From the NCBI GenBank assembly GCA_028709385.1, contig JAQVXD010000002.1:43721-107720 (forward strand): 64,000 nucleotides of DNA, read 5' to 3'. The DNA is from Fermentimonas sp. Lineage in GTDB: Bacteria > Bacteroidota > Bacteroidia > Bacteroidales > Dysgonomonadaceae. This document shows positions 62,445 through 64,000 of the stretch, piece by piece (within the stretch, counting starts at the first letter, position 1; every line of letters starts with the position of its first letter). The translations under genes were made by a program, and so were the position numbers. Below the pieces are notes generated by a model that was given only the letters and a program-made list of their open reading frames with translations, did no database searches and was not told where the DNA came from.

Positions 62445-64000
62445 TTATTGTTTATTTAAGTTCCCAAACTTGTCAAGAATCCTGTTATAAGCTTCTGCAG
62501 CAGCACCATTTCCCCAGTCGTATATTGTAAATTCGCCCATTCCTTCTCCTTCGGGTCCGGTTCTGCCACCATGTCCATAATTTTCCATCATGAATCCATA
62601 ATCTTCTTTTCCAAAAAAAGGATATACTTTTTCCCACTGCTCTTTAGTTTGAGGGTTCTCGGGACTATACATCATCACAAATGAAGCTTTAAGAGCAGCA
62701 TGTCCTCTCTCGAGATACTCCTTTGATTCAAGCAACTTACCATACTGAAGTATAAGTTCGGCAAAAAGACTTTGTCGCGAATCATTCCACTCAGCATCAG
62801 CATTAAGTACGCCAAATCCTCCTAAAACATTAACATACATAAACGGAGGTTGCCACGAAGCCTGTGTCATCAGCAACTCATCCAGTGTACGTTGTCCATA
62901 CTGCAAATACTTCTTTTGGCCTGTAGTCTTAAAGCTTTCTAAAAGTGCTTCTGCAGTCCAGAACATAGAGAAATTATTATGTTTATACATGTTGTTTCTC
63001 TCAACTTTATTTCCCACTAAATGATCTGAGCCATATCTTGAACAGGACCAATAGGTTTCGAAATCTTCCCATCTGCCTGATGGTATTATTTCCTCTATAA
63101 CCACATCCATAGCCTTAAGTGCAGCTTCACGATACCTGTTTTCTCCGGTCAACTCATAAAGTTTTAAAAGAAAAGTAACAGACATTGACGTTTCGGGAGA
63201 TCTGTTTAAATGACTCATAGGCTTCAGAGTATTCAGATCGAGCCATCCCGGGAAGAAACCCTCATTTGATTGAATAGACAGCAACGATTCAGCATATTCT
63301 TTAGCATAGTCAAGCAACCTTTCATCTTTCTCAAGTTCATCAAACCAACGAAGCATAAGCAGCGCTGTCCAGCTCATATCCAAAATATGAAACGGCGATT
63401 CTGCCGGATTCCAGGTGTAGGGATTACGGTTTGAGTTGCCCCAATAATGGGTTTCCCAACCACTGCTGCGATTATACTTTTCGCCTTCAATTTCCTCCTG
63501 ATGCATTTCTGTACCAATCAGCCCATAAAAGAAGCCTTCCTTCATAGGAAAAGAAAGCGCCAGCTCCTTTGTAAGTAAAGCTTTTTCTTTGAGTGTCGTG
63601 TTACCTGTACGTCTTGCATATCTATACAAGCCGCTTGCAGAGCGAAGCGAACTAAACCATGCCTGATTCCACACAGATCTGAACTCCCGTTCATTTATTT
63701 CACCAGGATAATTAGGACTCTGAGTTACATTAACGATGAAAACGGGAGAACCCACTCTCCTGCCCTTCAGTTCAAACTCCTGCCACACACTTTCACTCCA
63801 GCTGTTAAATGCCCAGTTATATGTATGCTCAACATATTTTTCCAAATCCTCATTAACCGGATTACCGGATAAATAAAGTTCATGTCCCCAATTAGTCCAA
63901 AGAAAAGCTAAAGCTTTTCTGAATGGATTATTAACAGAGTCTAAATCATCTGAAAAAATTAAATAAAATCCTATTTCTACTATACCTTCTGGAAAGATTG
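62445..64000 (-). CDS. Hypothetical protein, 5'-truncated; probable (alpha/alpha)6-barrel carbohydrate-active protein
   Basis: Frame stays open to the window edge (IFPEGIVEIGFY...NPFRKALAFLW...). Helix-pair repeats 'LLKLYELTGENRYREAA' and 'LLESFKTTGQKKYLQYG'; rich in Trp and acidic residues. Confidence 0.6.
   Translation of the reverse strand, partial: IFPEGIVEIGFYLIFSDDLDSVNNPFRKALAFLWTNWGHELYLSGNPVNEDLEKYVEHTYNWAFNSWSESVWQEFELKGRRVGSPVFIVNVTQSPNYPGEINEREFRSVWNQAWFSSLRSASGLYRYARRTGNTTLKEKALLTKELALSFPMKEGFFYGLIGTEMHQEEIEGEKYNRSSGWETHYWGNSNRNPYTWNPAESPFHILDMSWTALLMLRWFDELEKDERLLDYAKEYAESLLSIQSNEGFFPGWLDLNTLKPMSHLNRSPETSMSVTFLLKLYELTGENRYREAALKAMDVVIEEIIPSGRWEDFETYWSCSRYGSDHLVGNKVERNNMYKHNNFSMFWTAEALLESFKTTGQKKYLQYGQRTLDELLMTQASWQPPFMYVNVLGGFGVLNADAEWNDSRQSLFAELILQYGKLLESKEYLERGHAALKASFVMMYSPENPQTKEQWEKVYPFFGKEDYGFMMENYGHGGRTGPEGEGMGEFTIYDWGNGAAAEAYNRILDKFGNLNKQ

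Overview
A mostly core-genome segment of an AT-rich Bacteroidales bacterium. Recurrent TAnnTTTG promoter elements, gene content and protein style suggest Dysgonomonadaceae (Proteiniphilum/Fermentimonas-like); this is an inference. All product calls come from recognising motifs by eye, not from database searches. Left edge: the tail of a probable polysaccharide-utilisation locus (PUL), with a DUF3823-like lipoprotein and two tandem paralogous secreted proteins I cannot assign to a family, followed by a membrane-anchored AraC regulator and a TonB-dependent receptor. Next comes a threonine operon (thrA, an ApgM-family gene in the thrB position, thrC) preceded by an unannotated 24-aa leader peptide rich in Thr and Met codons. 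The middle holds housekeeping genes (LptD-like, rarA, alaS, valS, ybeY, mnmG, apt, uvrC, dtd, deoC, polyprenyl synthase, polA) interspersed with GH92, NamZ, a DUF1080 plus Gfo/Idh/MocA pair, GH2, a metallophosphoesterase and Hsp20. A perfect parS palindrome after mnmG suggests the window is near the replication origin. Right edge: a minus-strand sugar locus (unclassified alpha/alpha-barrel-like protein, DUF6786-like lipoprotein, FucP-like permease, ribulokinase). I found no rRNA, tRNA, CRISPR array, transposase or prophage. Best novelty candidates: the Thr/Met leader (8707-8781), the unassigned paralog pair (1499-4825), the tandem GTCC-N14-GGAC sites, the sigma54-like promoter at hsp20, and the pentose locus.
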